Source: a virus
IMG/VR virus record: IMGVR_UViG_3300042868_005520
Span: 32,001 to 96,000 of that record
Strand: one strand, 5' to 3'
DNA length: 64,000 bases
A program made the translations under genes and the position numbers. The notes beneath the pieces are model-generated. The model had not been told where the DNA came from. It made no database searches and saw nothing but the letters and a program-made list of their open reading frames with translations. This document shows, piece by piece, positions 56,563 through 63,906 of this stretch (the stretch's first letter is position 1; each line of letters opens with the position of its first letter).

Positions 56563-57906
56563 GTGAAGAACTCCTCTTTTATCGTTTCGTCTACCCAACA
56601 CGCCTTTATCGTTGCCGTGCGTCCATACCTCGCGCAACACGGAATCACTGATGCCAAGACAGGCGGCTTGATTCCATTCGCTGCGTTTACTCTTGCTGCG
56701 AAGTCTGCGGGTTACTCTGCTGTTCCTGCATGGTGCATGACCGCAGACCGCAAGAGTGGTCGCGGTGTTTACCGTATCGCTGAACTGTTTGCAACCGATT
56801 CGCAATTCACCATTACCGAAGTGAAGCGCGGTCGACCAGCAGGTTCAAAGAACCTTGGCAAGACTGCCAAGACTGTTAAGTCTGTTAAATCCATTAAGTC
56901 CACTCTCAAGGAGATTACCGCAAAGACCCCTACCCTCGCTCCTGTTGTGCAGTCATGCACTGCCGTGGCAATGACCACTGGCATTTCCACTGCTGAACTC
57001 GCTCGTGCAATGTCGCACGGTGAAAGCGAAACCTTTACCCCTGCTGCTGATCCCAACTACATTGCGTGGGGTTACCACAACGAAATCAAGAAGGTGATTA
57101 AGTCGAAGTCGTTCTGCCCTGTGTTCATCACAGGTATGAGCGGTAACGGCAAGACCACTATGGTGGAGCAGATCTGCGCTGATCTTGATCGTGAATGCGT
57201 TCGCGTGAACTTTACCGCTGCAACGGACGAAGACGAACTGCTTGGTGGTTTCCGTCTTATTGCTGGCGAAACAAAGTTCGTGCCTGGTCCCGTGCTTGTT
57301 GCAATGGAACGCGGTGCTGTTCTTCTGTTGGATGAAGTGGATCTTGGTGGTCACCTCATCATGTGCTTGCAGTCTGTGCTTGAAGGCAAGGGCAAGTTTA
57401 TTCCGAAGATCGGCAAGTATGTGCGTCCTGCAAAGGGATTCACGATTGTTGCCACTGCCAATACAAAGGGCAAGGGCAGCGATGACGGTCGATTCGCAGG
57501 AACGAACATTCTTAATGAAGCGTTCTTGGATCGCTTCGCGTTCACCTACGAGCAGGACTATGCAGACCCGAAGATCGAGAAGAAGATTCTCGCGAAGTTT
57601 GCGGGTTCTGTTGGTGTTGAGGACGATGCATTCGTTGAGAATCTCGTGCAGTGGGCTGATATCATTCGCAAGTCGTTCAAGCAACAGGTCGTGAGTGAAA
57701 TCATTACGACTCGCCGCTTGCGCGATATCGTGTTTGCGTACTCTGTGTTCGGCTGCAAGATGACTGCCATTCAGCGTTGCGTTGCGCGGTTCGATGAATC
57801 CACGAAGGATTCGTTCACGCAGTTCTACACAAAGATTGATGCGGACGCACAGATGCCGCAGCCTGTTGATGCTCCTGCTGCGGACTCCACGAAGTGCCCT
57901 TTCTAA
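56563..57906 (+). CDS. cobS: CobS/MoxR-like AAA+ ATPase with N-terminal extension
   Basis: GMSGNGKT, DEDELLGG, LLLDEVD, TANTKGKG, LNEAFLDRF, ITTRRL. Confidence 0.88.
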   Translation: MKNSSFIVSSTQHAFIVAVRPYLAQHGITDAKTGGLIPFAAFTLAAKSAGYSAVPAWCMTADRKSGRGVYRIAELFATDSQFTITEVKRGRPAGSKNLGKTAKTVKSVKSIKSTLKEITAKTPTLAPVVQSCTAVAMTTGISTAELARAMSHGESETFTPAADPNYIAWGYHNEIKKVIKSKSFCPVFITGMSGNGKTTMVEQICADLDRECVRVNFTAATDEDELLGGFRLIAGETKFVPGPVLVAMERGAVLLLDEVDLGGHLIMCLQSVLEGKGKFIPKIGKYVRPAKGFTIVATANTKGKGSDDGRFAGTNILNEAFLDRFAFTYEQDYADPKIEKKILAKFAGSVGVEDDAFVENLVQWADIIRKSFKQQVVSEIITTRRLRDIVFAYSVFGCKMTAIQRCVARFDESTKDSFTQFYTKIDADAQMPQPVDAPAADSTKCPF

Positions 57907-57926
57907 ACTAAAGGAAATACGCCCAT

Positions 57927-58277
57927 ATGTCCACACCACAAAAACATTTCCCCGAAGGAGCCTTTCGTGCACTATACGACCTACCGCTCACTACAGGAAT
58001 TGATCAAGTACACCGATGCGGTGTTGCGTTTCCAAACGGATACCAAATCTCTATTGTGTACGGTCGCGCACTGTACAGCCGTGAGGCTGGCACTGAAGAG
58101 AACTTCCAAAGCACCTTTGCCCCTGACCAATGGGCAGACCGCGTAGAGGTGGCAATCATTGCACCTGACAGCACATTCGTTACTTTCCAAAACGGCGAAC
58201 AAGTAAAAGGTTACGCCACTGTTACTGAACTACTCCAAATCGTAAATTGGGTAGCCGCACTTCCTCTCACTAAATAA
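57927..58277 (+). CDS. Hypothetical protein
   Basis: AAGGA SD; FPNGYQISIV..EVAII phage-type motif. Confidence 0.65.
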   Translation: MSTPQKHFPEGAFRALYDLPLTTGIDQVHRCGVAFPNGYQISIVYGRALYSREAGTEENFQSTFAPDQWADRVEVAIIAPDSTFVTFQNGEQVKGYATVTELLQIVNWVAALPLTK

Positions 58278-58285
58278 GGACTCAC

Positions 58286-58666
58286 ATGACTAATCTCAAC
58301 ACCAACTCGTTTCCCCTGCTCGCCTCGTACACTCCAGGACAGATTGAATTCATTAAGTTCCTGCAAGCAAATCGTTTAACTCTTACCGTGTACGACACCT
58401 GCACTGTGAACCGCAAGGATCTTGTGGAACTCCTGAAGAAGTCTGTGTACATTGCTGTTCCCGCGTGGATTGCTGCAAAGCGTGAACGCCGCGCAGGACG
58501 AGGCAATTATTTCATTCCTGAAATTGCTGCTGACATTACTACGCTCACTGTGAACGCAAACCATCGTGGTCGCAAGGCAGGATCACCAAACAAGAAGGGT
58601 CGTGCAAGCGCACCTGCTCCTGTTACGCCTCCTGCTCCTGCTCCGCAACTTGTTGCCTCGCTCTAA
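58286..58666 (+). CDS. Hypothetical DNA-binding-like protein, paralogue of the CobS N-terminus
   Basis: AVPAW..R..GRG.Y.I.E..RGR.AGS.N shared with 56563. Confidence 0.65.
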   Translation: MTNLNTNSFPLLASYTPGQIEFIKFLQANRLTLTVYDTCTVNRKDLVELLKKSVYIAVPAWIAAKRERRAGRGNYFIPEIAADITTLTVNANHRGRKAGSPNKKGRASAPAPVTPPAPAPQLVASL

Positions 58667-58683
58667 TAAAAGGATTCACTCTT

Positions 58684-58935
58684 ATGCCATTCTCAACCAT
58701 TACCCAACGCATTCACCACTCGCAGACCCTTGTGCTGAAGGGAATCATTGCAGAACAAGAACGCGAGATCTCACGCCTACGCCGCATGATTCTAGGAAAG
58801 ACCTCTGAGTCACAGATTCGTGAACCCGCACCTCGCGACACCACTCGCGACACCTTGTCGGGAGAGCGTGACTACGGCATAGGGGGTGATGAATGGAGAA
58901 ACCCCAACACAGGCATTGATGACTGGCGCGATTAA
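58684..58935 (+). CDS. Hypothetical protein
   Basis: AAGGA SD, co-directional. Confidence 0.55.
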   Translation: MPFSTITQRIHHSQTLVLKGIIAEQEREISRLRRMILGKTSESQIREPAPRDTTRDTLSGERDYGIGGDEWRNPNTGIDDWRD

Positions 58936-58941
58936 ATAATT

Positions 58942-59015
58942 GTTCCTGTAACTCAGCAGGATAGAGTAGCCCCCTTCTAAGGGGCAAGTCAGTGGTTCGA
59001 ATCCACTCAGGAACG
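58942..59015 (+). tRNA. tRNA-Arg (anticodon UCU)
   Basis: Acceptor GTTCCTG/CAGGAAC, D-stem ACTC/GAGT, anticodon stem GCCCC-CTTCTAA-GGGGC, T-arm AGTGG-TTCGAAT-CCACT; CCA not encoded. Confidence 0.92.
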
Positions 59016-59024
59016 CTAAACACC

Positions 59025-59234
59025 ATGCACACGAACTACACAACTATTAAATGTGGATCTGTTCTACTGTGGAAGAGTGGGTGCAATACCCCCACTGCCA
59101 CGCTGTGCCGCAATGCGCTCTCCGCTGTTGTATACGGGGACGAGGTTGTGGTAGCCAATACGAACGGCTCCACTACCGTTTACCGTATCACCCCATCACG
59201 CACTAGTGCTTACCCCCTTCGCACACTTCACTAA
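59025..59234 (+). CDS. Hypothetical protein
   Basis: ATG 59025 just after the tRNA; the track start at 58992 lies inside the tRNA. Confidence 0.45.
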   Translation: MHTNYTTIKCGSVLLWKSGCNTPTATLCRNALSAVVYGDEVVVANTNGSTTVYRITPSRTSAYPLRTLH

Positions 59235-59245
59235 GAGGCTACACC

Positions 59246-59392
59246 ATGTCACTCTCCACACAATACTTTACTGAACTCGAAACCCAATACATTAATTGGA
59301 GTGAATTTGAAAGGAGTATTCGCTCTGATGCACCACCTGATGAGGACGATGAGCACGAGCCGCTTCCCCATGAGGAAGACGAGGATGACTAA
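59246..59392 (+). CDS. 48-aa highly acidic protein
   Basis: Manual translation MSLSTQYFTELETQYINWSEFERSIRSDAPPDEDDEHEPLPHEEDEDD; GAGG SD. Confidence 0.6.
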   Translation: MSLSTQYFTELETQYINWSEFERSIRSDAPPDEDDEHEPLPHEEDEDD

Positions 59393-59400
59393 ATACAACT

Positions 59401-59470
59401 GTAGCCGCTGGTGATTCGTTCGCCACCCGCTACAAGTGCCCACTCTCGCTACGCGGGGGTGGGTTTTTTT
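59401..59470 (+). ncRNA. Candidate ~70-nt small structured RNA
   Basis: TAAATA box 59390-59395, GTAGC/GCTAC and TGGTGA/TCGCCA stems, then a terminator. Confidence 0.45.
59438..59470 (+). terminator. Rho-independent terminator
   Basis: GCCCACTCTCGC-TAC-GCGGGGGTGGGT plus T-run. Confidence 0.85.
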
Positions 59471-59568
59471 ATATCTGCGCTTTCGCTCACGCGCTCACGC
59501 GATCAAAAAACAGTGTATGGCGAATTGTGGTGGGGCTTTACGGTCGCGTTAGCCGCTTCCAACCCAAC

Positions 59569-59802
59569 CGCCCTCTAACCTTTTTAAATAATCGCGGTGG
59601 GTATCTCCGCCCTGTAGCCTTTTAAAATATTCGCGGTGGACTACAGTAGTTCTCTAAATGATTCTCAACAACTCTTTGAGTGTGCTGCCCATAGTAAAAC
59701 ACTTACGGGTGGAAACGCCGAACGCTGTCCCCCTATGCCGAAAAAAAAAAAATCGGGTTGGGTATGAGAGCACCTCCAAACCTTTTAAAATATTGGAATG
59801 GG
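59569..59802. repeat. Imperfect ~32-bp direct repeats in a non-coding region
   Basis: CGCCCTCTAACCTTTTTAAATAATCGCGGTGG (59569), CGCCCTGTAGCCTTTTAAAATATTCGCGGTGG (59608), partial copy CCTTTTAAAATATT near 59781. Confidence 0.7.
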
Positions 59803-59813
59803 GTACGCCTCTA

Positions 59814-59841
59814 TTGCATCTCCTGCACACCGTGATACAAT
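59814..59841 (+). promoter_or_regulatory. Sigma70-type promoter (leaderless)
   Basis: TTGCAT-N16-TACAAT with extended TG, ATG 59848 after a 6-nt gap. Confidence 0.65.
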
Positions 59842-59847
59842 AAGGGC

Positions 59848-60267
59848 ATGACATCGCCCCACACCGTTGGAGTACGCGCCATGTATGTGCCGCAAGACAT
59901 TCGATACCAAATGCACGGCGTGGTGCTGCCTGAACTCCACAAGACCCTTCCCGCCATGTACGCTCTCATTGGCTGCTCCTTCGTGGAGCGGGTGTCCTGC
60001 CTCCTACTGCCCATGAGCCGCCTGTGGGTGGACGAGGAAGGCGGCTTGCAGCAGATGGAGTTTGCGGGCAGACGCGCACCTCAATTAAATGTACGAGCCT
60101 CTATACTTGCAGGACAGCGTATATGGGGAAATGTAATTGTGTGCGGTGAAGACATTAACGGCACAATGCGGAATTTAGAAATCCAAAAAGAGGACGAGGT
60201 TTTGGATATTATTCAACTAAGCGCAGAAGAACTTGTTTTTGAACGCATCGCAGGGAACCCTAAATGA
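59848..60267 (+). CDS. DUF3846-like hypothetical protein
   Basis: LIGCSFVE..LWVDEEG..N.RAS..IWGNVIV. Confidence 0.65.
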   Translation: MTSPHTVGVRAMYVPQDIRYQMHGVVLPELHKTLPAMYALIGCSFVERVSCLLLPMSRLWVDEEGGLQQMEFAGRRAPQLNVRASILAGQRIWGNVIVCGEDINGTMRNLEIQKEDEVLDIIQLSAEELVFERIAGNPK

Positions 60268-60572
60268 ATCCATATAAAAATAACGGCACAAGAACAGCAA
60301 TGCATCTACACCATCCCGCATTCGGCACGGTGGAGTTTGCGTGGGACAGCAGCGATTGGATTGTGGTATGCTTTCATTCTGCGGACGCAACGCGAGTCCC
60401 CTCTATAAAGGTACTCTTTAGTAACTTTTATAATGAAAAACCAATGACTGTTGAGAAGGCGATGGGCAGGAGTATATGGAATGCTCTGTCTACAGCGGAA
60501 TTGCGTTGGAATGGAACACTAGCACCTTGTGCCCCTTCGCGTCTTTCGGCACTACATGAAGCCACCGCATGA
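60264..60572 (+). CDS. Hypothetical protein
   Basis: ATGA coupled. Confidence 0.55.
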   Translation: MNPYKNNGTRTAMHLHHPAFGTVEFAWDSSDWIVVCFHSADATRVPSIKVLFSNFYNEKPMTVEKAMGRSIWNALSTAELRWNGTLAPCAPSRLSALHEATA

Positions 60573-60712
60573 GCAGTGCTGCACTCTACCTCTTGCCCCT
60601 ATTCGCCCTGTTCACAGGCACATTTGCCGTTGTCCTGTGGATCGCCCTGCTGTGGGATGCCGCAACAGGTATTAACCCCGCACCCCGTTCACGAAAGAAA
60701 AATAAAGCATGA
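60569..60712 (+). CDS. 47-aa single-TM membrane protein
   Basis: Manual translation MSSAALYLLPLFALFTGTFAVVLWIALLWDAATGINPAPRSRKKNKA; ATGA coupled on both sides. Confidence 0.55.
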   Translation: MSSAALYLLPLFALFTGTFAVVLWIALLWDAATGINPAPRSRKKNKA

Positions 60713-60831
60713 CTAATTTTATAAGTTTTGTTGCTCTCATGGCTACCCTTGTAGTTGGGCTTGCACTACTCTCGCTTGCGTTTGCCGTTGTAGTGGGAAT
60801 TGCCCTTCGCGCATTCCGAGGAAACGCATGA
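60709..60831 (+). CDS. 40-aa single-TM membrane protein
   Basis: Manual translation MTNFISFVALMATLVVGLALLSLAFAVVVGIALRAFRGNA; ATGA coupled. Confidence 0.55.
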   Translation: MTNFISFVALMATLVVGLALLSLAFAVVVGIALRAFRGNA

Positions 60832-60900
60832 GCAGGTGATTCATTAATTAAATTGTTTCGTCTCCTCCCACCCACACCACTCTTACAGAAAAAAAATAAA

Positions 60901-61176
60901 ATGAACACCAAGAATATTCGCGAAAGCCTGACCGCTATTGAAGAAGTAATGTTTCTGATTGACTCCCGTCACCTTGAAGCCAACACCGAAGAAGAATTCT
61001 GTGATATGTACACCGCACTAAGTGAAGCACTGGCTACGCTGAAGAGCGAGACAGGCGTGACCACTGCGGACGATGCGTTCGGTGAGCACATGGAGGCTAT
61101 TGGTGTGTTCGAGCCTATGGATACACCCATAGGTGCATTGGAAGGCTATCGAAGCATTGAGCGGGGTTCCTCATGA
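60901..61176 (+). CDS. Acidic hypothetical protein
   Basis: ATG 60901 after an A-rich leader; ATGA overlap with the next gene. Confidence 0.6.
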   Translation: MNTKNIRESLTAIEEVMFLIDSRHLEANTEEEFCDMYTALSEALATLKSETGVTTADDAFGEHMEAIGVFEPMDTPIGALEGYRSIERGSS

Positions 61177-61733
61177 GCGCGTGTACCTACTTCATTGGAT
61201 GCACTCACTTTGGTCACGAAGCCATGTACCGCTTTCTTCGTGCGGACGGCACACGGGTTCGTCCGTGGGCTTCGGCAGCAGAGGGTGATGCGGTAATGGC
61301 GGCAAAGTGGAACAACACCGTTTCCAAGGGAGACAAGGTGTATGTGATGGGTGATGTGGCGTTCACACCGAAAGATTTAAAAATCCTTGGGTACTTGAAC
61401 GGCACAAAGATTCTAATCAAAGGCAACCACGATACTCTGCAACTCTCGCAGTACGCAAAATATTTTAAAGATGTTCGTGCGTACCACAAATTGGATAATG
61501 AAATTCTTTCGCATATTCCAATTCATCCCGTGTCTCTATGGAGAGCAAAACGGAATGCTTCTTGGCTAAATATTCACGCACATCTTCATGCCGAAGAAGT
61601 AATGCTTGCCGAAGGAGTGGTAGATCTACGATATTTCTCTTGCTGTGTGGAGAGAATCGGATACACTCCTATTAGTATTGATGAGATCAGAAACCGTGTT
61701 GCGGCACTTCACCACAAGGAATCCAATGTCTGA
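61173..61733 (+). CDS. Calcineurin-like metallophosphoesterase
   Basis: xxHFGH, WNNTV..D.VY.MGD, IKGNHD, LSHIP, NIHAHLH; the first metal-ligand Asp is replaced by Cys (GCTHFGH). Confidence 0.85.
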   Translation: MSACTYFIGCTHFGHEAMYRFLRADGTRVRPWASAAEGDAVMAAKWNNTVSKGDKVYVMGDVAFTPKDLKILGYLNGTKILIKGNHDTLQLSQYAKYFKDVRAYHKLDNEILSHIPIHPVSLWRAKRNASWLNIHAHLHAEEVMLAEGVVDLRYFSCCVERIGYTPISIDEIRNRVAALHHKESNV

Positions 61734-61965
61734 TTTATTTGTCGGAGACAATGATCACGGTGATGCAGTTCCGCCTACTGATGTTCTACTGCAAATGATT
61801 AAACTACTCCGTGAGGATGTTGTGCAACTTGCCTATGAACTCAACGAACTCCAAGCGTTACATAAACACAATGAATCTGTAGCAAAGAGTTACGAAAAGA
61901 TTGCCACCAAATATCATGCCACTCTTGAGAAGTTAGCACAGGAAGAAAGCACCAATGAGAATTAA
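61726..61965 (+). CDS. Hypothetical coiled-coil protein
   Basis: ATG 61726 after AAGGA. Confidence 0.55.
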   Translation: MSDLFVGDNDHGDAVPPTDVLLQMIKLLREDVVQLAYELNELQALHKHNESVAKSYEKIATKYHATLEKLAQEESTNEN

Positions 61966-62155
61966 GCCACCCACACTCGGAGAAAAGATTGCCATGACAC
62001 TAACAAACGACAACGCTCCAATTAATGATGCATCCACTCTTGTGGCTCGTCTTGAGGAACACTCAGACTTTGCCAATAAAGTAATGCGGGATCTCCTGCG
62101 TGAAGCATCAGATCGAATTCAGCAATTGGAAAAGTCTACTACCCCTGCCGTCTAA
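61955..62155 (+). CDS. Hypothetical protein
   Basis: LVARL....LREASDRIQQLE phage-type motif. Confidence 0.55.
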   Translation: MRIKPPTLGEKIAMTLTNDNAPINDASTLVARLEEHSDFANKVMRDLLREASDRIQQLEKSTTPAV

Positions 62156-62175
62156 ATATGTGCTAGAGGGCTAAT

Positions 62176-62562
62176 ATGAAATTTAATTCCACCAAATATA
62201 AAAATATAGGCGAAGCGTGTTGGAAAGGCTATACAGCCAAAGGCACAAAACTTAAAGGTGGTCGGCAAGTGCCCAACTGCGTTCCCGTACAAGAAGCCTC
62301 TCCTGCGTGGCAGCGCAAGGCAGGAAAGAACCCTGAAGGCGGCTTGAACGCGGCAGGGGTGGCTTCGTATCGCCGTGCCAATCCAGGCTCCAAACTACAG
62401 ACCGCAGTAACAACTCCTCCTTCCAAACTAGAACCAGGCTCCAAGGCAGCAAAACGCCGAAAGTCGTTCTGTGCGCGTATGGGGGGTATGCCTGGTCCAA
62501 TGAAGGATGAAAATGGAAAACCCACAAGAAAAGCCTTGTCGTTGCGTAAATGGAATTGTTGA
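62176..62562 (+). CDS. Basic two-module head-type protein (DUF6321-like C-module)
   Basis: IGE / ACWKGY..VPNCVP / VQE / AWQRKAGKNPEGGLN..RRKSFCARM..LRKWNC; TAAATA box 62153-62158. Confidence 0.7.
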   Translation: MKFNSTKYKNIGEACWKGYTAKGTKLKGGRQVPNCVPVQEASPAWQRKAGKNPEGGLNAAGVASYRRANPGSKLQTAVTTPPSKLEPGSKAAKRRKSFCARMGGMPGPMKDENGKPTRKALSLRKWNC

Positions 62563-62581
62563 ATTTGGTACATAGAAGACT

Positions 62582-63658
62582 ATGGCAATACTAAAAAACT
62601 ACAATCCCACCGTTCACGACATTCATACTTACTCACCCGAAGCAACACTCACACCACTTGTTGGTGGTGAGCAGAGGGGATTCAACCCTGCTTGTCAGGG
62701 AGCAGCAGTTGATTGGTCAGGAGTCTCTCTGCGTCCTCGTGCATTTGCGCGAGAGTATTCTAAATTACTAAGAGGCAATCTTACCACTCCATATGTTGCG
62801 GAGAACATAAATTTTTGGAACACCAGCAATCCTGCTGCTGTTCTTATCTCGCCGAAACACGCACTCATCTGCGAACACTATCGTGGCGCAGGGCGACCTG
62901 TTGGCGAAAATGAAGTCTATACATTCTTAGGAAAATCAGGAACTCGGCATTCGCGAAGAGTTATAAAGGTAACTTTTGCAATTGCCCCTGACCACACCCT
63001 ATTAGAGTTTGAATCGGCATTCCCTGCGGATGTTTGCGTTTACGATCATATCGCCGATGCGCGATATATTCCACTCAAACACCCTGTGTGGGTACACGAC
63101 TGTCAAGGCAGGGCATACAAAATGTCAATGGACAAATCCTTTGTGAGCAATGCTGATGTGTGCAGCGGGTTTGGTGTTATGCCAATCATGGACGGTGTTA
63201 ATGACGGCGCACAGGCTGGCGGATGGGTGGTTATTTGGGGTGGTGATTCAGGCAGTCCTGCATTCGTTATTGATGAAGCAGGACATACTGTATTCGTTGG
63301 ACTAATGAACGGCGGGATGCAGGTAAACGCTCCTGAGATTCGTGCAATTAATTCCGAACTCAAACCACACGGTTATACAGTAACTCATGTGAAATTGTCT
63401 TCTAAGATTGAAGACTTGAATGATGACGGTAAAGTTGATGGTGCAGACTTGGCAGCACTGCTTGGTGCATGGGGCAATGGAAACATCTTCATGGATCTCA
63501 ATGGAGACGGCAAAGTAGATGGATCCGATCTTGCTCAACTGCAAGCAGCATGGGGTGCGTACACAATGTCTCGAAATGTTCCCGTACCAATCCCTGTTGT
63601 GGCACCACCAACATCACCAATAAATAAAAGTGGAAGAGGACAAAATAAAAGAGGATGA
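62582..63658 (+). CDS. Trypsin-like serine protease with C-terminal dockerin-like double repeat
   Basis: VLISPKHALICEH, PDHTL, GGDSGSP; DLNDDGKVDGADLAALLGAWG and DLNGDGKVDGSDLAQLQAAWG. Confidence 0.75.
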   Translation: MAILKNYNPTVHDIHTYSPEATLTPLVGGEQRGFNPACQGAAVDWSGVSLRPRAFAREYSKLLRGNLTTPYVAENINFWNTSNPAAVLISPKHALICEHYRGAGRPVGENEVYTFLGKSGTRHSRRVIKVTFAIAPDHTLLEFESAFPADVCVYDHIADARYIPLKHPVWVHDCQGRAYKMSMDKSFVSNADVCSGFGVMPIMDGVNDGAQAGGWVVIWGGDSGSPAFVIDEAGHTVFVGLMNGGMQVNAPEIRAINSELKPHGYTVTHVKLSSKIEDLNDDGKVDGADLAALLGAWGNGNIFMDLNGDGKVDGSDLAQLQAAWGAYTMSRNVPVPIPVVAPPTSPINKSGRGQNKRG

Positions 63659-63673
63659 AAGATATATAATAGT

Positions 63674-63794
63674 GTCATCGGGGCGGTGGCGTGACAGTGC
63701 GAACTATTACGCTACTCATGCGTTGCGGGAACTTCGCTACCTGTTGACCTTCAGAGACTAGGGGGGGAAGCCGAAAGGCTTCCTCCTCACTTTG
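63674..63794 (+). ncRNA. Candidate ~120-nt structured RNA ending in a GAAA hairpin
   Basis: TATATA box 63663-63668; GTCA.CGGG/CCTG.TGAC and GGTGGCG/CGCTACC pairing; GGAAGCC-GAAA-GGCTTCC hairpin. Confidence 0.35.
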
Positions 63795-63906
63795 AAATAA
63801 TCGTTCCAAAGAATTCAATCTGAATACTTAAAACCACCTAGGGGTCTATCTGACCACTAGATAATGCACCCCCTCAATTCCGAGGGATTTTTGAAAGGAG
63901 CGTCTG

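Noticed and set aside
54086-57906. Cobalamin biosynthesis role for the cobS/cobT-like genes next to a B12-dependent RNR
   Set aside because: No CobN or other cob genes in the window; the MoxR-AAA/VWA pair is common in T4-like phages and more likely a chaperone.
56953-57972. 339-aa antisense ORF opposite cobS, and other long shadow ORFs
   Set aside because: Explained by codon bias of the sense gene; no motifs or SD.
59569-59802. CRISPR mini-array
   Set aside because: Only two to three imperfect repeats with 7-nt and irregular spacing; no spacer-sized unique sequences and no cas operon.
63674-63794. tmRNA, SRP RNA or a known riboswitch
   Set aside because: No tRNA-like acceptor/T-arm, no SRP GGAA/AGCAG loop, and no recognisable riboswitch consensus by eye.
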